Of a stretch of DNA of 64,000 nucleotides, positions 29,885 through 41,303 are shown piece by piece; within the stretch, counting starts at the first letter, position 1; each line of letters opens with the position of its first letter. This stretch comes from an uncultured Sphingomonas sp. (GTDB lineage Bacteria > Pseudomonadota > Alphaproteobacteria > Sphingomonadales > Sphingomonadaceae). The stretch covers positions 27,205 to 91,204 of the forward strand of contig CAJYJW010000086.1 of NCBI GenBank assembly GCA_913775025.1. Direction: 5' to 3'. A model generated the notes under the pieces. The model saw only the letters and a list, made by a program, of their open reading frames with translations. It made no database searches and was not told the DNA's origin. The position numbers and the translations under genes were made by a program.

Positions 29885-31485
29885 TCGAGGCGGACTATAT
29901 CGAGGCGGACTATATCGTCGTCGGCGGCGGCAGCGCCGGCTGCGTTCTGGCGGCGCGGCTGAGCGAGGACCCGGCGGTGCGGGTGCTGCTGGTAGAGGCC
30001 GGCCCGCGCGACACAAACCCCTGGATCCACGTGCCGCTGGGTTATGGCAAGCTGTTCAATCATAAGCGGCTGAACTGGCGCTTCCAGTCGGAGCCCGAGC
30101 CGGGAATGAATGGTCGACGTCTTAACCAGCCGCGCGGGCGTGTGCTCGGCGGCTCGTCGTCGATCAACGGCCTGCTCTATGTGCGCGGCCAGCGCGAGGA
30201 TTTCGACGCATGGGCACGGCTTGGCAACCGCGGCTGGGGATATGAGGATTTGTTGCCCTTTTTCCAGCGAGCGGAAGCGCAGCAGCGCGGGCCGAACGCC
30301 TGGCACGGCGTTGACGGACCGCTGGCCGTCTCCGATCCCAGCGAACCGCACCCGCTGTGCGACGCGTTCATCGCCGCGGGGATGGAAGCAGGCTACCCGG
30401 CCAATGCCGATTTCAACGGCGCCACCCAGGAAGGCGTCGGCTATTATCAGTCGACGATGCGGCGCGGGCGCCGGTGCAGCGCCGCGGTCGCCTATCTGAA
30501 GCCGGTGCGCAGCCGCGCCAACCTGCGCATCGTCACCGACGCACTCGTCCGGCGGGTGATGCTCGACGGCAGGCGTGCGACCGGCATCGAATGGTCCGAT
30601 GCCGCGGGAACGCGCCATCAGGCCAAGGCGCGGCGCGAGGTGATCCTTGCGGCCGGCGCGATCGGCACTCCGCAACTGCTTGAGCTGTCGGGGATCGGTG
30701 ACGGTGAGCGGCTGCGCGGGCTGGGGATCGAGACCGTCCACCACAATCCTGAGGTGGGCGAGAATTTCCAGGACCATCTCCAGGTCCGCACCGTCTACAA
30801 GGCGACGCGCCCGATCACCTTCAACGACGACATGCGATCGCCGCTCAGGACCTTGGGCGTCGGCCTGCGCTACGCGCTGACCGGCAAGGGCCCGCTCACC
30901 GTCTCCGCCGGCTATGCGGGCGGCTTCTTCCGCTCGCCGATCGCGCGCGACGCGCGGCCAGACATCCAGTGCCTATTCATCACCTTCAGCACGACCAAGA
31001 TGGGCGACCGGCTGCACGCATTTTCGGGCTTCACCGTTTCTGCCTGCCCGCTCCGCCCCGAGAGCCGCGGTCACGTCCATGCCACGACCCCGGACGCGGC
31101 GGCTGCTCCCGCGATCCTCGCCAACTTCCTCGCCACCAAGCGCGACGAGGCCGAGGTGGTGGCAGGCATGCGGATCGTGCGCGACATCATGGCCCGGTCC
31201 GCGATCGCGCCCTTCGTACGCGAGGAGCATATCCCCGGCCCTGCCGTCACCAACGACGCGGCGTTGCTCGCCTACGCACGCGAGACCGGCGGATCGATCT
31301 ACCATGCCAGCTGCACGGCCGCGATGGGCAAGGTCGTCGATGCCTCGCTGCGCGTGATGGGCGTGGACGGACTGCGCGTCGCCGACGCGTCGATCATGCC
31401 GGCGGTCCCTTCCGGTAACACCAACGCCGCCGTCATCGCCATCGGAGAGAAGGCGGCCGCCATGATCCGCGAGGACAATCGATGA
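29881..31485 (+). CDS. GMC oxidoreductase (choline dehydrogenase-like)
   Basis: GGGSAG, RGRVLGGSSSING, GENFQDHL, YH, SGNTNA. Confidence 0.95.
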   Translation: MIEADYIEADYIVVGGGSAGCVLAARLSEDPAVRVLLVEAGPRDTNPWIHVPLGYGKLFNHKRLNWRFQSEPEPGMNGRRLNQPRGRVLGGSSSINGLLYVRGQREDFDAWARLGNRGWGYEDLLPFFQRAEAQQRGPNAWHGVDGPLAVSDPSEPHPLCDAFIAAGMEAGYPANADFNGATQEGVGYYQSTMRRGRRCSAAVAYLKPVRSRANLRIVTDALVRRVMLDGRRATGIEWSDAAGTRHQAKARREVILAAGAIGTPQLLELSGIGDGERLRGLGIETVHHNPEVGENFQDHLQVRTVYKATRPITFNDDMRSPLRTLGVGLRYALTGKGPLTVSAGYAGGFFRSPIARDARPDIQCLFITFSTTKMGDRLHAFSGFTVSACPLRPESRGHVHATTPDAAAAPAILANFLATKRDEAEVVAGMRIVRDIMARSAIAPFVREEHIPGPAVTNDAALLAYARETGGSIYHASCTAAMGKVVDASLRVMGVDGLRVADASIMPAVPSGNTNAAVIAIGEKAAAMIREDNR

Positions 31486-32918
31486 TCGACTATCTGCCCC
31501 TCAGCCTCTACATCGACGGCCGCTTCATCGCCGCCGCACCAGGCCGGGTGAGCGAGCCGGTGGTCGATCCTGCCACCGGCGACACGATCGCCGAGCTTCC
31601 CCACGCTACCGACGCCGAACTCGACGAGGCGCTGGCGGCGGCGGATCGCGCCTTCCCGCTTTGGGCGGCGACGAGCCCGTTAGAGCGCAGCGACATCCTC
31701 CGCCGCGCGGCCGCCCTCCTGCGCGAGCGGATGGACACGCTCTGCCGCACGATGACGCTCGAGCAGGGCAAGCCGCTCGCCGAGGCCCGGGGCGAGTGGA
31801 CGCACGCGTGCGAGATCTTCGAATGGTGCGCGGAGGAAGGCCGTCGAGTCTACGGCCGGATCATCCGCTCGCGGCTGCCCGGCACCGATCATCTCGTGCT
31901 CGCCGAACCGGTCGGCCCCTGCGCGGCGTTCACGCCGTGGAACTTCCCGGCGCTCTCGCCCGCCCGCAAGGTCGCAGCGGCGCTCGGCGCCGGCTGCACC
32001 GTCATCCTGCGCGCCTCGAGCGAGACGCCGGGCTGCGCGGTCGCGATCATGCAGGCGCTGCACGATGCCGGGCTGCCGAAGGGCTGCGCGCAGCTGGTGT
32101 TCGGCCGCGCGTCGCACCTCTCGGAAAAGATCATCCTCTCGCCCCTGATCCGCAAGATCAGCTTCACAGGATCGACCGCGGTCGGCAAGCAGCTGATGGT
32201 GCTGGCGGCGCAGGGCGCCAAGCGCTCGACGATGGAGCTGGGCGGCAATGCGCCAGTGATCGTGTTCGGCGACGCCGACTATGAGCGGAGCATGGCGATG
32301 CTGAAAGCGGGCAAGTTCCGCAACGCCGGCCAGGTCTGCGTCAGCCCAGCGCGCTTCTTCGTCCACGAGAGTATCGCCGACCGATTCGCACGCGACATGG
32401 CCGATCATGCCGACGGGCTGAAGCTCGGTTCCGGCCTGCTGCCCGACACCGCCATGGGCCCGCTCGCCAATCCGCGCAGGGTCGATGCGATGGAGGAGTT
32501 CGTCGCCGATGCCGGCAGCCGCGGCGGCACCGTGTTGGCCGGCGGGCGGCGGGACGGCGATGCCGGCAATTTCTTCCGCCCGACAGTCGTGACCGGCCTC
32601 GATCCTGCCGCAGCGCTGTTCCGCGCCGAATGTTTCGGGCCGATCCTGCCGGTGATGCCGTTCGCCACGCTGGACGAGGCGATCACGCTGGCCAATGGCG
32701 TGGTCGAGGGTCTGGCCGGTTATGCCTTCACCACCTCGCTGCGCACCGCCCAGGAAGTGATGCACCGGGTGAAGACGGGGATGCTCGGCGTCAACACGCT
32801 CGCCATCTCGACGCCCGAGGCGCCGTTCGGCGGAGTCGGCGAGAGCGGCAACGGTTCGGAAGGCGGGATCGAGGGCCTCCAGGCCTATCTCGACACCAAG
32901 CTGGTGTCGCTGGCCTGA
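31482..32918 (+). CDS. NAD(P)-dependent aldehyde dehydrogenase (succinate/2-oxoglutarate semialdehyde type)
   Basis: PWNFP, FTGST, MELGGNAP, NAGQVCV, ECFGP. Confidence 0.95.
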   Translation: MIDYLPLSLYIDGRFIAAAPGRVSEPVVDPATGDTIAELPHATDAELDEALAAADRAFPLWAATSPLERSDILRRAAALLRERMDTLCRTMTLEQGKPLAEARGEWTHACEIFEWCAEEGRRVYGRIIRSRLPGTDHLVLAEPVGPCAAFTPWNFPALSPARKVAAALGAGCTVILRASSETPGCAVAIMQALHDAGLPKGCAQLVFGRASHLSEKIILSPLIRKISFTGSTAVGKQLMVLAAQGAKRSTMELGGNAPVIVFGDADYERSMAMLKAGKFRNAGQVCVSPARFFVHESIADRFARDMADHADGLKLGSGLLPDTAMGPLANPRRVDAMEEFVADAGSRGGTVLAGGRRDGDAGNFFRPTVVTGLDPAAALFRAECFGPILPVMPFATLDEAITLANGVVEGLAGYAFTTSLRTAQEVMHRVKTGMLGVNTLAISTPEAPFGGVGESGNGSEGGIEGLQAYLDTKLVSLA

Positions 32919-32937
32919 GGCCCTGCCCGTCGCCGGA

Positions 32938-33498
32938 TCAGCCCGCGAGCGCGGGTCCGCGGCTGCCCTTCAGCGGTCGATCGTGCGAGATGTCGTTAAG
33001 GTCGCGGCTGTTCGGCCCGGTTGACCGCATCTGCGCGAGATAATCGGGAGGCACATCGACCGCGTTGAACGCGCCGGCATATTGATTGACGCAGACGCGG
33101 TGGGCGATCGCCCAACGGCCGCCGCGCTTCTCGAACCGATCGACATAGCGCCCGAAGGCGAGCGTCGGTGGGCCATCCCGGTTTTCGCCCCAGAAGATGT
33201 AGTAGGTTTCGCCGTGCGCCACGTCACCGTCGAGGTCGACGGTGTGGTTGCAGATGATATGCTGGTGCTGGTGCTGGGCGGCGCCGTGCCAGCCGATCGC
33301 CCAGTCGGCAAACTGGTCGGGATCGCCTTCCGCCACGCCATGCTCGTCGATCGCGTCGGGGTGGTAGGCGGATGCCATCAGCGCCTTGTCGAACCGGTCG
33401 ACGCCGCGGGTGTAGCGCAGCAGCGCCTGCCAAATCTCGTGGCGGTCCTTCTGCTCCCGCACGAAGGCAATCAGATCGGGCGTCATCTCGTCGGCCAT
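32938..33498 (-). CDS. NTF2/SnoaL_4-family protein
   Basis: EIWQALLRYTRGVDRFD, YHPDA, HQHIICN, GRYVDRFEKR.GRWAIAHR. Confidence 0.9.
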   Translation of the reverse strand: MADEMTPDLIAFVREQKDRHEIWQALLRYTRGVDRFDKALMASAYHPDAIDEHGVAEGDPDQFADWAIGWHGAAQHQHQHIICNHTVDLDGDVAHGETYYIFWGENRDGPPTLAFGRYVDRFEKRGGRWAIAHRVCVNQYAGAFNAVDVPPDYLAQMRSTGPNSRDLNDISHDRPLKGSRGPALAG

Positions 33499-33655
33499 GT
33501 CGATCTCCTCTCGACGCCAGCATCGGCGGCCCCCAAGGAGCGCGCAAGGTATCCGAAACTAATCGTCCTGGCGATGCTTCGGCTTCCGTCCTACCCGCGG
33601 CGTTGCCACCCATGCCAATCCACGCGAGCGTTCGAGGGGAAAAGGGAGAAACCGC

Positions 33656-34828
33656 ATGCGAAGCTGGGACGATTATGCCGACCTGCTGAAAGGCGGCGAC
33701 AGCCTGCTCGATCAGACGGTGGCGCCGGTGGACGAGCAGTTGCGCGCCGACCTCCATCGGCAGTTGGCGATGAACCTGTCGCAGGGCTACTTCCTGTTTT
33801 TCCAAGCCGATCCCGACTATCCGGAATTCGTTCCGTTCGAGAACTCGGCCTTCCTGCTTCAGCCAAATCCGGATTCCGTCTATTACTATGCCCGAGTGGA
33901 CGGCAGCGGCACGTATCGCGTCACCGGCGAGCGTGGGACCTGTCCGGTGGTGGGGTTCGCGACGGGCGCGAACATGATGGGGACGACTGACGCGCCCGGC
34001 AAAGGGCTCGGCAACTACGACATCGACGCGCTGACGCTCGATGCGCAGGGCCGCTTCGACGTCATCTTCAGCGCGGAACGTCCCCAGGGCCATGACGGTG
34101 ACTGGCTGTTCCTCAATCCGTCCGCCGATTTCATTCTCGTCCGGCAGTTCAGCTACGACTGGGGGCGCGAAACCGACCTGAGGATCGCGATCGAACGGCT
34201 GGATGCCGCGCCGCGGCCCCGACCGCGCATGTCCCCCGCCGAAGTCGATGCCCGGATGGAGGGCATGGCCCTCTATGCGAAGCGGCTTTCCATGGTGGCG
34301 ATGGGCGCGGTGCGACGGCCGCACGACGGCGGCTTCGTCAACAAGATGCACATCCACACCTTTCAGGAAATGGGCAACGGCCAGGATTGGCCGCAGGCCT
34401 ATTTCGAGATGGCCTTCGACATCGCGGCGGACGAGGCGTTGGTGATCGAGAGCGATCTGCCGGAGACTCGACCCTATTGGAACGTGCAGGTGATTGACGG
34501 CCTCTGGAATCAGGTCGACGTGCTCTACCACCAGAGCAGCCTGAACGGTGCGACCGCCAAGGTCGACGGCGATGGCCGCTTCCGTGCGGTGCTGACCGCC
34601 GAGGATCCCGGCTACGCGAATTGGCTGGCGACCGGCGGCCATCGCTTCGGACTGCTGATCGGCCGCTGGTACCGCTGCTCCTCCCAGCCGACGCCGCAGA
34701 TCGTCCGGATGAAGGCCCATGAGGTGGCGGGCTATCTCGGTGAACGGTCGCCTCGCATCACCCCGGAAGAGCGCGCCGCGACGCTGCGCGATCGGCTGAT
34801 CCAGTCCCAACTGCGGCGCAAATGGTAG
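33656..34828 (+). CDS. DUF1214-like protein (390 aa)
   Basis: DPDYPEF, QPNPDSVY, YRVTGERG, VRQF.YDW, QSSLN, DPGYANWL.TGG. Confidence 0.8.
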   Translation: MRSWDDYADLLKGGDSLLDQTVAPVDEQLRADLHRQLAMNLSQGYFLFFQADPDYPEFVPFENSAFLLQPNPDSVYYYARVDGSGTYRVTGERGTCPVVGFATGANMMGTTDAPGKGLGNYDIDALTLDAQGRFDVIFSAERPQGHDGDWLFLNPSADFILVRQFSYDWGRETDLRIAIERLDAAPRPRPRMSPAEVDARMEGMALYAKRLSMVAMGAVRRPHDGGFVNKMHIHTFQEMGNGQDWPQAYFEMAFDIAADEALVIESDLPETRPYWNVQVIDGLWNQVDVLYHQSSLNGATAKVDGDGRFRAVLTAEDPGYANWLATGGHRFGLLIGRWYRCSSQPTPQIVRMKAHEVAGYLGERSPRITPEERAATLRDRLIQSQLRRKW

Positions 34829-34989
34829 GAGGCGCGGCTGCGCGGCGGCTGCCCCGTCCGGTCAATTGATCGGGGAGATCGCGCCCGAAGCCATACCGAC
34901 GCTTGAGGCGGATCGGCCGGTGGCTGGTGAACAGCCACCGGCCGTCCCGCTTGCCGTATGTGTCGAGATAGGTGGCATAGCCGCGACAC

Positions 34990-35302
34990 CAGTGTTTCGG
35001 GCCGCCCTGCCGCCACCAGAGCCGATCCTCCAGTCCTGATTATGGAAACGGCTGCGGACAGGCAGCCGCTCTCCGGCGAACGCACCCCGTGCGCCGTGGT
35101 CACGCCGGCAAGTATCGGCCTCGTCCGACCGATAACGGCCGCGGGCCCAAGTGTCGGGACGCCCCCTTCAAACGCGCGGAAGACGAGATCCTGCGCGTCG
35201 CGGTCGGCATAAGCGTCTCAGTCCCGGCGATTGAGCTACCGGATCCGCCGCGACCAGCGCCCCGATCTCCTAGATAGCGAGGATGGTATGCGTCGCGCCC
35301 AT
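34990..35302 (-). pseudogene. Decayed SnoaL-like gene
   Basis: MGATHTILAI*EIGALVA..RRD*DAYAD..DLVF..ILAGVTTAHGVRSPE, with stops and frameshifts. Confidence 0.5.
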
Positions 35303-35336
35303 CACGATCTGCCGATCTCGCGTCGACGCTTCGGTA

Positions 35337-36575
35337 TCAGCCGACGATTCCTCGCTGGCGAAGCCCCGCGATCGCCGCCGCATCGAGACCCAGCTTTCGG
35401 CCGAGCACGGCCTCGCCATCCGCGCCCAGCGCCGGTGGCGCCACGTAGCGGTCGATCGGCGTCTTCGAGAAGCGGAGCGGATTGGCGATGACCGGGAGCG
35501 TGCCGGCTTCCGGATGCGGAATCTTGCGGAGCATCTCGCGCGCTACGATCTGTGGCTCGGCAAGTGCCCCCTCGATATCGTTGACGTAGCTTACAGGCAC
35601 GCCGGCGGCATCGATCGCCGCCACCCAGTGCGCCGCCGGGCGCGTGGCGAACACGGCGTCGAGGATAGGCAGAATCTGCTTGCGATTCTCGATCCTGAGC
35701 GGCCCCGTGCAGAACCGCGGGTCATTGAACAGGTCCGGGCGCTCGATCGCGTCGCAGAAGCGTTCATATTGTGCGTTGTTGCCGACCACGACGAAGATCT
35801 GGCGATCCGCGCATTGGAAGGCTTGGCTTGGGATGCCACCATAGCCGCCATTGCCGCGCCGTTCGGGCATCTCGCCGGTGATCAGGAAGTTCTGCGCGAA
35901 GTGGGACAAAGCAGCAAAGCCGCAGTCGAGCAGCGACATGTCGATCGCCTGGCCGCCGCCGCCCGCGTCGCGGTGACGGAGCGCGGCCAGGATGGCGATC
36001 ACCGAATTATAGGCGGTGAGGATGTCGACCATCGAAATGCCGACCTTCATCGGGCCGCCGCCGGGCACGTCGTCAGGATGGCCGGAAACACTCATCATGC
36101 CGCTCATCGCCTGGAAGATGCCGTCGTAGCCGGGCTTCTTGGCGAGCGGCCCGGTCTGGCCGAACCCGGTGATCGAGCAGTAGACGAGATCGGGGTTCAC
36201 GGCGAGCAGCGCTTCGGCATCAAGGCCGTAGCGGGCGAGGGTTCCCACCTTGAAGTTCTCGATCACGACGTCCGACTTGGCCGCCAGGCCCCGGATCAGC
36301 GCCTGACCTTCCGGCCGGCCGATATCGATCGCCACCGATTCCTTGTTGCGGTTGCAGGACAGGAAAAAGCCAGCATCGCGGGTCGATCTGCCGTTACGAT
36401 CCTTGAGGAACGGCGGGCCCATGTCGCGAGCGTCGTCGCCCTTGTCCGGCCGCTCGACCTTTATCACCTCGGCGCCGAGATCACCCAGCATCTGGCCCAC
36501 GAGCGGCCCGGCGAGGATCCGGCTGAGGTCCAATATGCGCAGTCCGGCGAGTGCCCCCGGCATCATCTTCCCCAT
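35337..36575 (-). CDS. CaiB/BaiF family III CoA transferase
   Basis: LRILDLSRILAGP, NRNKES, VIENFKVG, GYDGIFQAMSG, SMVD. Confidence 0.95.
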   Translation of the reverse strand: MGKMMPGALAGLRILDLSRILAGPLVGQMLGDLGAEVIKVERPDKGDDARDMGPPFLKDRNGRSTRDAGFFLSCNRNKESVAIDIGRPEGQALIRGLAAKSDVVIENFKVGTLARYGLDAEALLAVNPDLVYCSITGFGQTGPLAKKPGYDGIFQAMSGMMSVSGHPDDVPGGGPMKVGISMVDILTAYNSVIAILAALRHRDAGGGGQAIDMSLLDCGFAALSHFAQNFLITGEMPERRGNGGYGGIPSQAFQCADRQIFVVVGNNAQYERFCDAIERPDLFNDPRFCTGPLRIENRKQILPILDAVFATRPAAHWVAAIDAAGVPVSYVNDIEGALAEPQIVAREMLRKIPHPEAGTLPVIANPLRFSKTPIDRYVAPPALGADGEAVLGRKLGLDAAAIAGLRQRGIVG

Positions 36576-36599
36576 CTATTGTCCGCCGTCGGCGTCTTT

Positions 36600-38138
<1,539 letters not shown>

Positions 38139-38471
38139 ACCGCCTGCATCGAGTCCGGGCCGATCCGACCAGCAGCGGCTGGACGGCTCGTGCCTGGGTC
38201 ATGCCATCCACGCCTGGGTCGGCCAGCTCTTCATTCGGGTACGTACAGACGGCGTGGTGACGACGGTCGTGATCGACACGATATCGCCGGTCCGCCCGTG
38301 CCCCTTCGGAGCAGACACGGGGCAGGGATGTCAGCGAATGGACGTCGCAACAGCGGACGACCCGGTTTTGGGAAATTCTAGCTAGCCAGCGTTGTCGTGC
38401 AGGGGCATCGCGGCCGTGGCGGGAAGTGGACCGCGTCTTTCTATGCAGCGGGATGGCTCGCGCCGGCGAGG

Positions 38472-39212
38472 TCAGCCCCGGAAGTCGATCGCGTAGCGGT
38501 AGCGTTCCGGATGGTAGCGGACATACGCGACCTCGATCGGGGTATCCGGATCCGCATAATAGATGCGCTTGACGCGCAGTATCGGCGTGGCGGGGTCGAT
38601 ACCCAGATGCAGTCCGGCTTCTTCCCCCGCCTGATCGGGCTGGATGAACTGCTCAGCACGGCTCAGCTTGGCCTGAAGGGCCTTCTCCACCTGCCGGACG
38701 ACCGGCACCTCCTTGCGCAGGTTTTCGGCAAAGCCCTCGCCCACTTCCTGGGGAACCCAGATATTGAGAAAGGCGACGGGGCCCTGTCCTTCCAGATTGC
38801 CGACCATCTTCAGGCGCACCACATCCTGCCCGGGGATTAGCCGCAGGCTCTTGCCGACGTCGAGTGGTGCCGGCTCGGTGGTGATCGAGAGCGTCCGGGT
38901 GTCGAGAGCGGCGGCGGCGGCGAGGAACTCGCGCAGCGATCCGGTCAGGTGGTTGTTTATTCCGCCCGGCCGCTCGGCGACGAACGAGCCGACCCCTCGC
39001 CGACGCTCGATCAGCCGGTCTTCCCGCAGCGCGGCGAGCGCCCGACGCACGGTGATTCGGCTCACCCCATATTGGCTGCAGATCATGTCCTCTGTCGGCA
39101 GCGGGGCCCCGGGTTCGAACTCGCAACTTGCGATTCGCTCGCGCAGATGCTGCTCCAGCTGGTAGTAGAGCGGAACCGGTCCGTCCTTGAGAATGTCCTT
39201 CCAAGCGCTCAT
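38472..39212 (-). CDS. GntR (HutC/UTRA) family regulator
   Basis: PLYYQL, LPTE, VSRITVRRAL, RGVGSFV; C-terminal UTRA-like domain. Confidence 0.94.
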   Translation of the reverse strand: MSAWKDILKDGPVPLYYQLEQHLRERIASCEFEPGAPLPTEDMICSQYGVSRITVRRALAALREDRLIERRRGVGSFVAERPGGINNHLTGSLREFLAAAAALDTRTLSITTEPAPLDVGKSLRLIPGQDVVRLKMVGNLEGQGPVAFLNIWVPQEVGEGFAENLRKEVPVVRQVEKALQAKLSRAEQFIQPDQAGEEAGLHLGIDPATPILRVKRIYYADPDTPIEVAYVRYHPERYRYAIDFRG

Positions 39213-40320
39213 TACCGTGCCCGCGCCTCCATCCTTCCCGTGCTCCCGAATGACGTCTCACACCATCCAAATTGTTACCACCGCGCATGCACCGGGCGGC
39301 AAGGGGGATCAACCCGGCGATATCTCGGCAGCAGAGGGGCTCAACCGGGCTCGGCAGACGGCCGATGATCGCGAGCGCGCTGCGGCCTGCTGTCACCCAC
39401 GGCCGGCGGTCGGGAGGCCGCATGCCGAAGATGACCTCAACGGCCGCGGCGGTCCTGGAGGCCAAGCGGTTATTCAACGCCGCCCTCGTCCTACGAAAGA
39501 CGGCCAAACCCACCTGTCGAGCGGCCTTCTTCGCGATAGATCCGCGAAGGTGACGCGAACTCTGCTGTCGCCGCCGAAGGCCCCCTGCTCACCGTCCGTC
39601 TAGGCGCGATGGTGAAGAATCGGCGAATGGTCTCGCTTAAAACATAGTTTCCCTCAAAGGGTTGGCGATCGCGCGGTTCGCCGTCGCGCTGATTTCAGCG
39701 GGCCGCTCGGCGGTGAGCGCCGCGTCGTAAAAGCCGATCGCGAGACATCGGCTGATCGGCATAATCCATGCTCGGCTGACTAGAGACGTGGCGAAAGCGC
39801 TGAACGATGTGACGGACCACCGACGTACGCCCCGAAAGCGCGGTCATCGGCGGCTCTTCCTGAGCTGCGCGGCATGCGGCAGCGCGGCGGCGTCGCCACT
39901 CGCCCCGACTAGCGCCGCCGGGTGCTTGGCGACGCGAAAAGCGCGCGAGCGGCGCAAGCGCGGTGGGCTCGACACGGGGCAGCTGGACGACCTGGGACCG
40001 GTCAGTCGCCGCGATCGCGAGGTCGCGGTGTAAGATTGCGCGACCGTCGGGGACCGGCTCAGCGTTTTAGTGAGAAGACGGTCGTTGCATCGCACCGGCG
40101 ATATCCGGATCGTCGCACAGGATCGACCGGCTCGCCTGGCGGAGAGCGTGCCTGACAAGCAACGTGGCTGCATTGACATGGAAGAGACAGGGCAAGTCGA
40201 CCACCGCGATCTCAACCACTTGCGTTGCCCGTCTGGCCTGAGGCATCAGCTGCGCCGATCCAAGATCCGCGCCGGGGTCCGGCCGTTGCGTATCACCCGA
40301 CGCTGTCATAGTCGCAAGCC

Positions 40321-41202
40321 ATGCCAGCCTCCATGCCCCCCGCTGCCGCCTCGACCGTCGACGATCCCGCGTCGCTGTTCACGCTCGAGCAGCTGGACGC
40401 CGACCTCTTCCAGAACCCGGTGAGCGGCTTCGCGCCCAACAACCACCTTTTCGGCGGACAGGTGCTTGGTCAGGCTCTGCTGGCCGCGACCCGGACCGTG
40501 CCGGAGGCGCGCCCCGCCCACTCGCTGCACGCCTATTTTCTACGCGCGGGCGACGCGAGCAAGCGCGTCAGCTTCCGCGTCGACACCCTGCGCGACGGGC
40601 GCAGCTTCTCCGCACGGCGCGTCCGGGCGACGCAGAGCGGCGCGGTGATCCTCGAGATGCTGGCCTCCTTCCACGTCGAGGAAAGCGGTGGCCTCGTCCA
40701 TTCCGTGCCGCTGCCGTCGGAAGCGCCTGATCCTGAAACGCTGATGACGCTCGACGCCGCAGTAGCGAACGGCGCCGACGGGATCGCGCGGACGATCCGC
40801 GACCGTCTCGACGGGATCCGCGGTATCGAGGTCCGGCCGTTGCAGACGCCCGGCACCGCGACCAAAGGGTCTCGCCGCCGCTTCTGGGTAAGGATGCCGG
40901 CGCTCGCCAAGGTCGACGATCCCGCGATCCACCAGCTCTTTCTGGTCTATCTGTCGGATTACTGGTTCGCCGGCGGCGCGGTGGTGCCGCACGAGCAGCG
41001 AATCAGCCCGAAGTATCCCAAGATGGCGAGCGTCGACCACTCGTTGTGGTTCCACGCAGCGGGCCGCGCCGACGACTGGCTGCTTTATGACATCGAAAGC
41101 CCGCATGCCGGCAACATGCTGGGAACGGTGCGGGGTGCCCTGTTCGATCGCGCGGGCCGACTACTGCTGGGCAGCGCTCAGCAGGTGTTGATGCGCATGT
41201 GA
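40321..41202 (+). CDS. Acyl-CoA thioesterase II (TesB-like)
   Basis: LFGGQVLGQAL, HSLHAYFLRAGD, RDGRSFSARRV, YLSD, ASVDHSLWFH. Confidence 0.93.
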   Translation: MPASMPPAAASTVDDPASLFTLEQLDADLFQNPVSGFAPNNHLFGGQVLGQALLAATRTVPEARPAHSLHAYFLRAGDASKRVSFRVDTLRDGRSFSARRVRATQSGAVILEMLASFHVEESGGLVHSVPLPSEAPDPETLMTLDAAVANGADGIARTIRDRLDGIRGIEVRPLQTPGTATKGSRRRFWVRMPALAKVDDPAIHQLFLVYLSDYWFAGGAVVPHEQRISPKYPKMASVDHSLWFHAAGRADDWLLYDIESPHAGNMLGTVRGALFDRAGRLLLGSAQQVLMRM

Positions 41203-41210
41203 CGCGCCAT

Positions 41211-41224
41211 ATCGCGCCTGTGAT
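41211..41224. promoter_or_regulatory. ATCRC-N4-GYGAT box upstream of the ACAD-ACAD-thiolase operon
   Basis: TATCGC-GCCT-GTGATA. Confidence 0.65.
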
Positions 41225-41303
41225 AAACGGCGTCGGCCTTTGATGCTAGGGCGGTTTTTGCCAAATAGGCGACGTCCGTCACCACCCAGCTGAGGTAGCC
41301 GTT

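Noticed and set aside
39844..40309. Possible decayed thioesterase (DL..FHVN)
   Set aside because: Only one weak motif; cannot be supported without a search.
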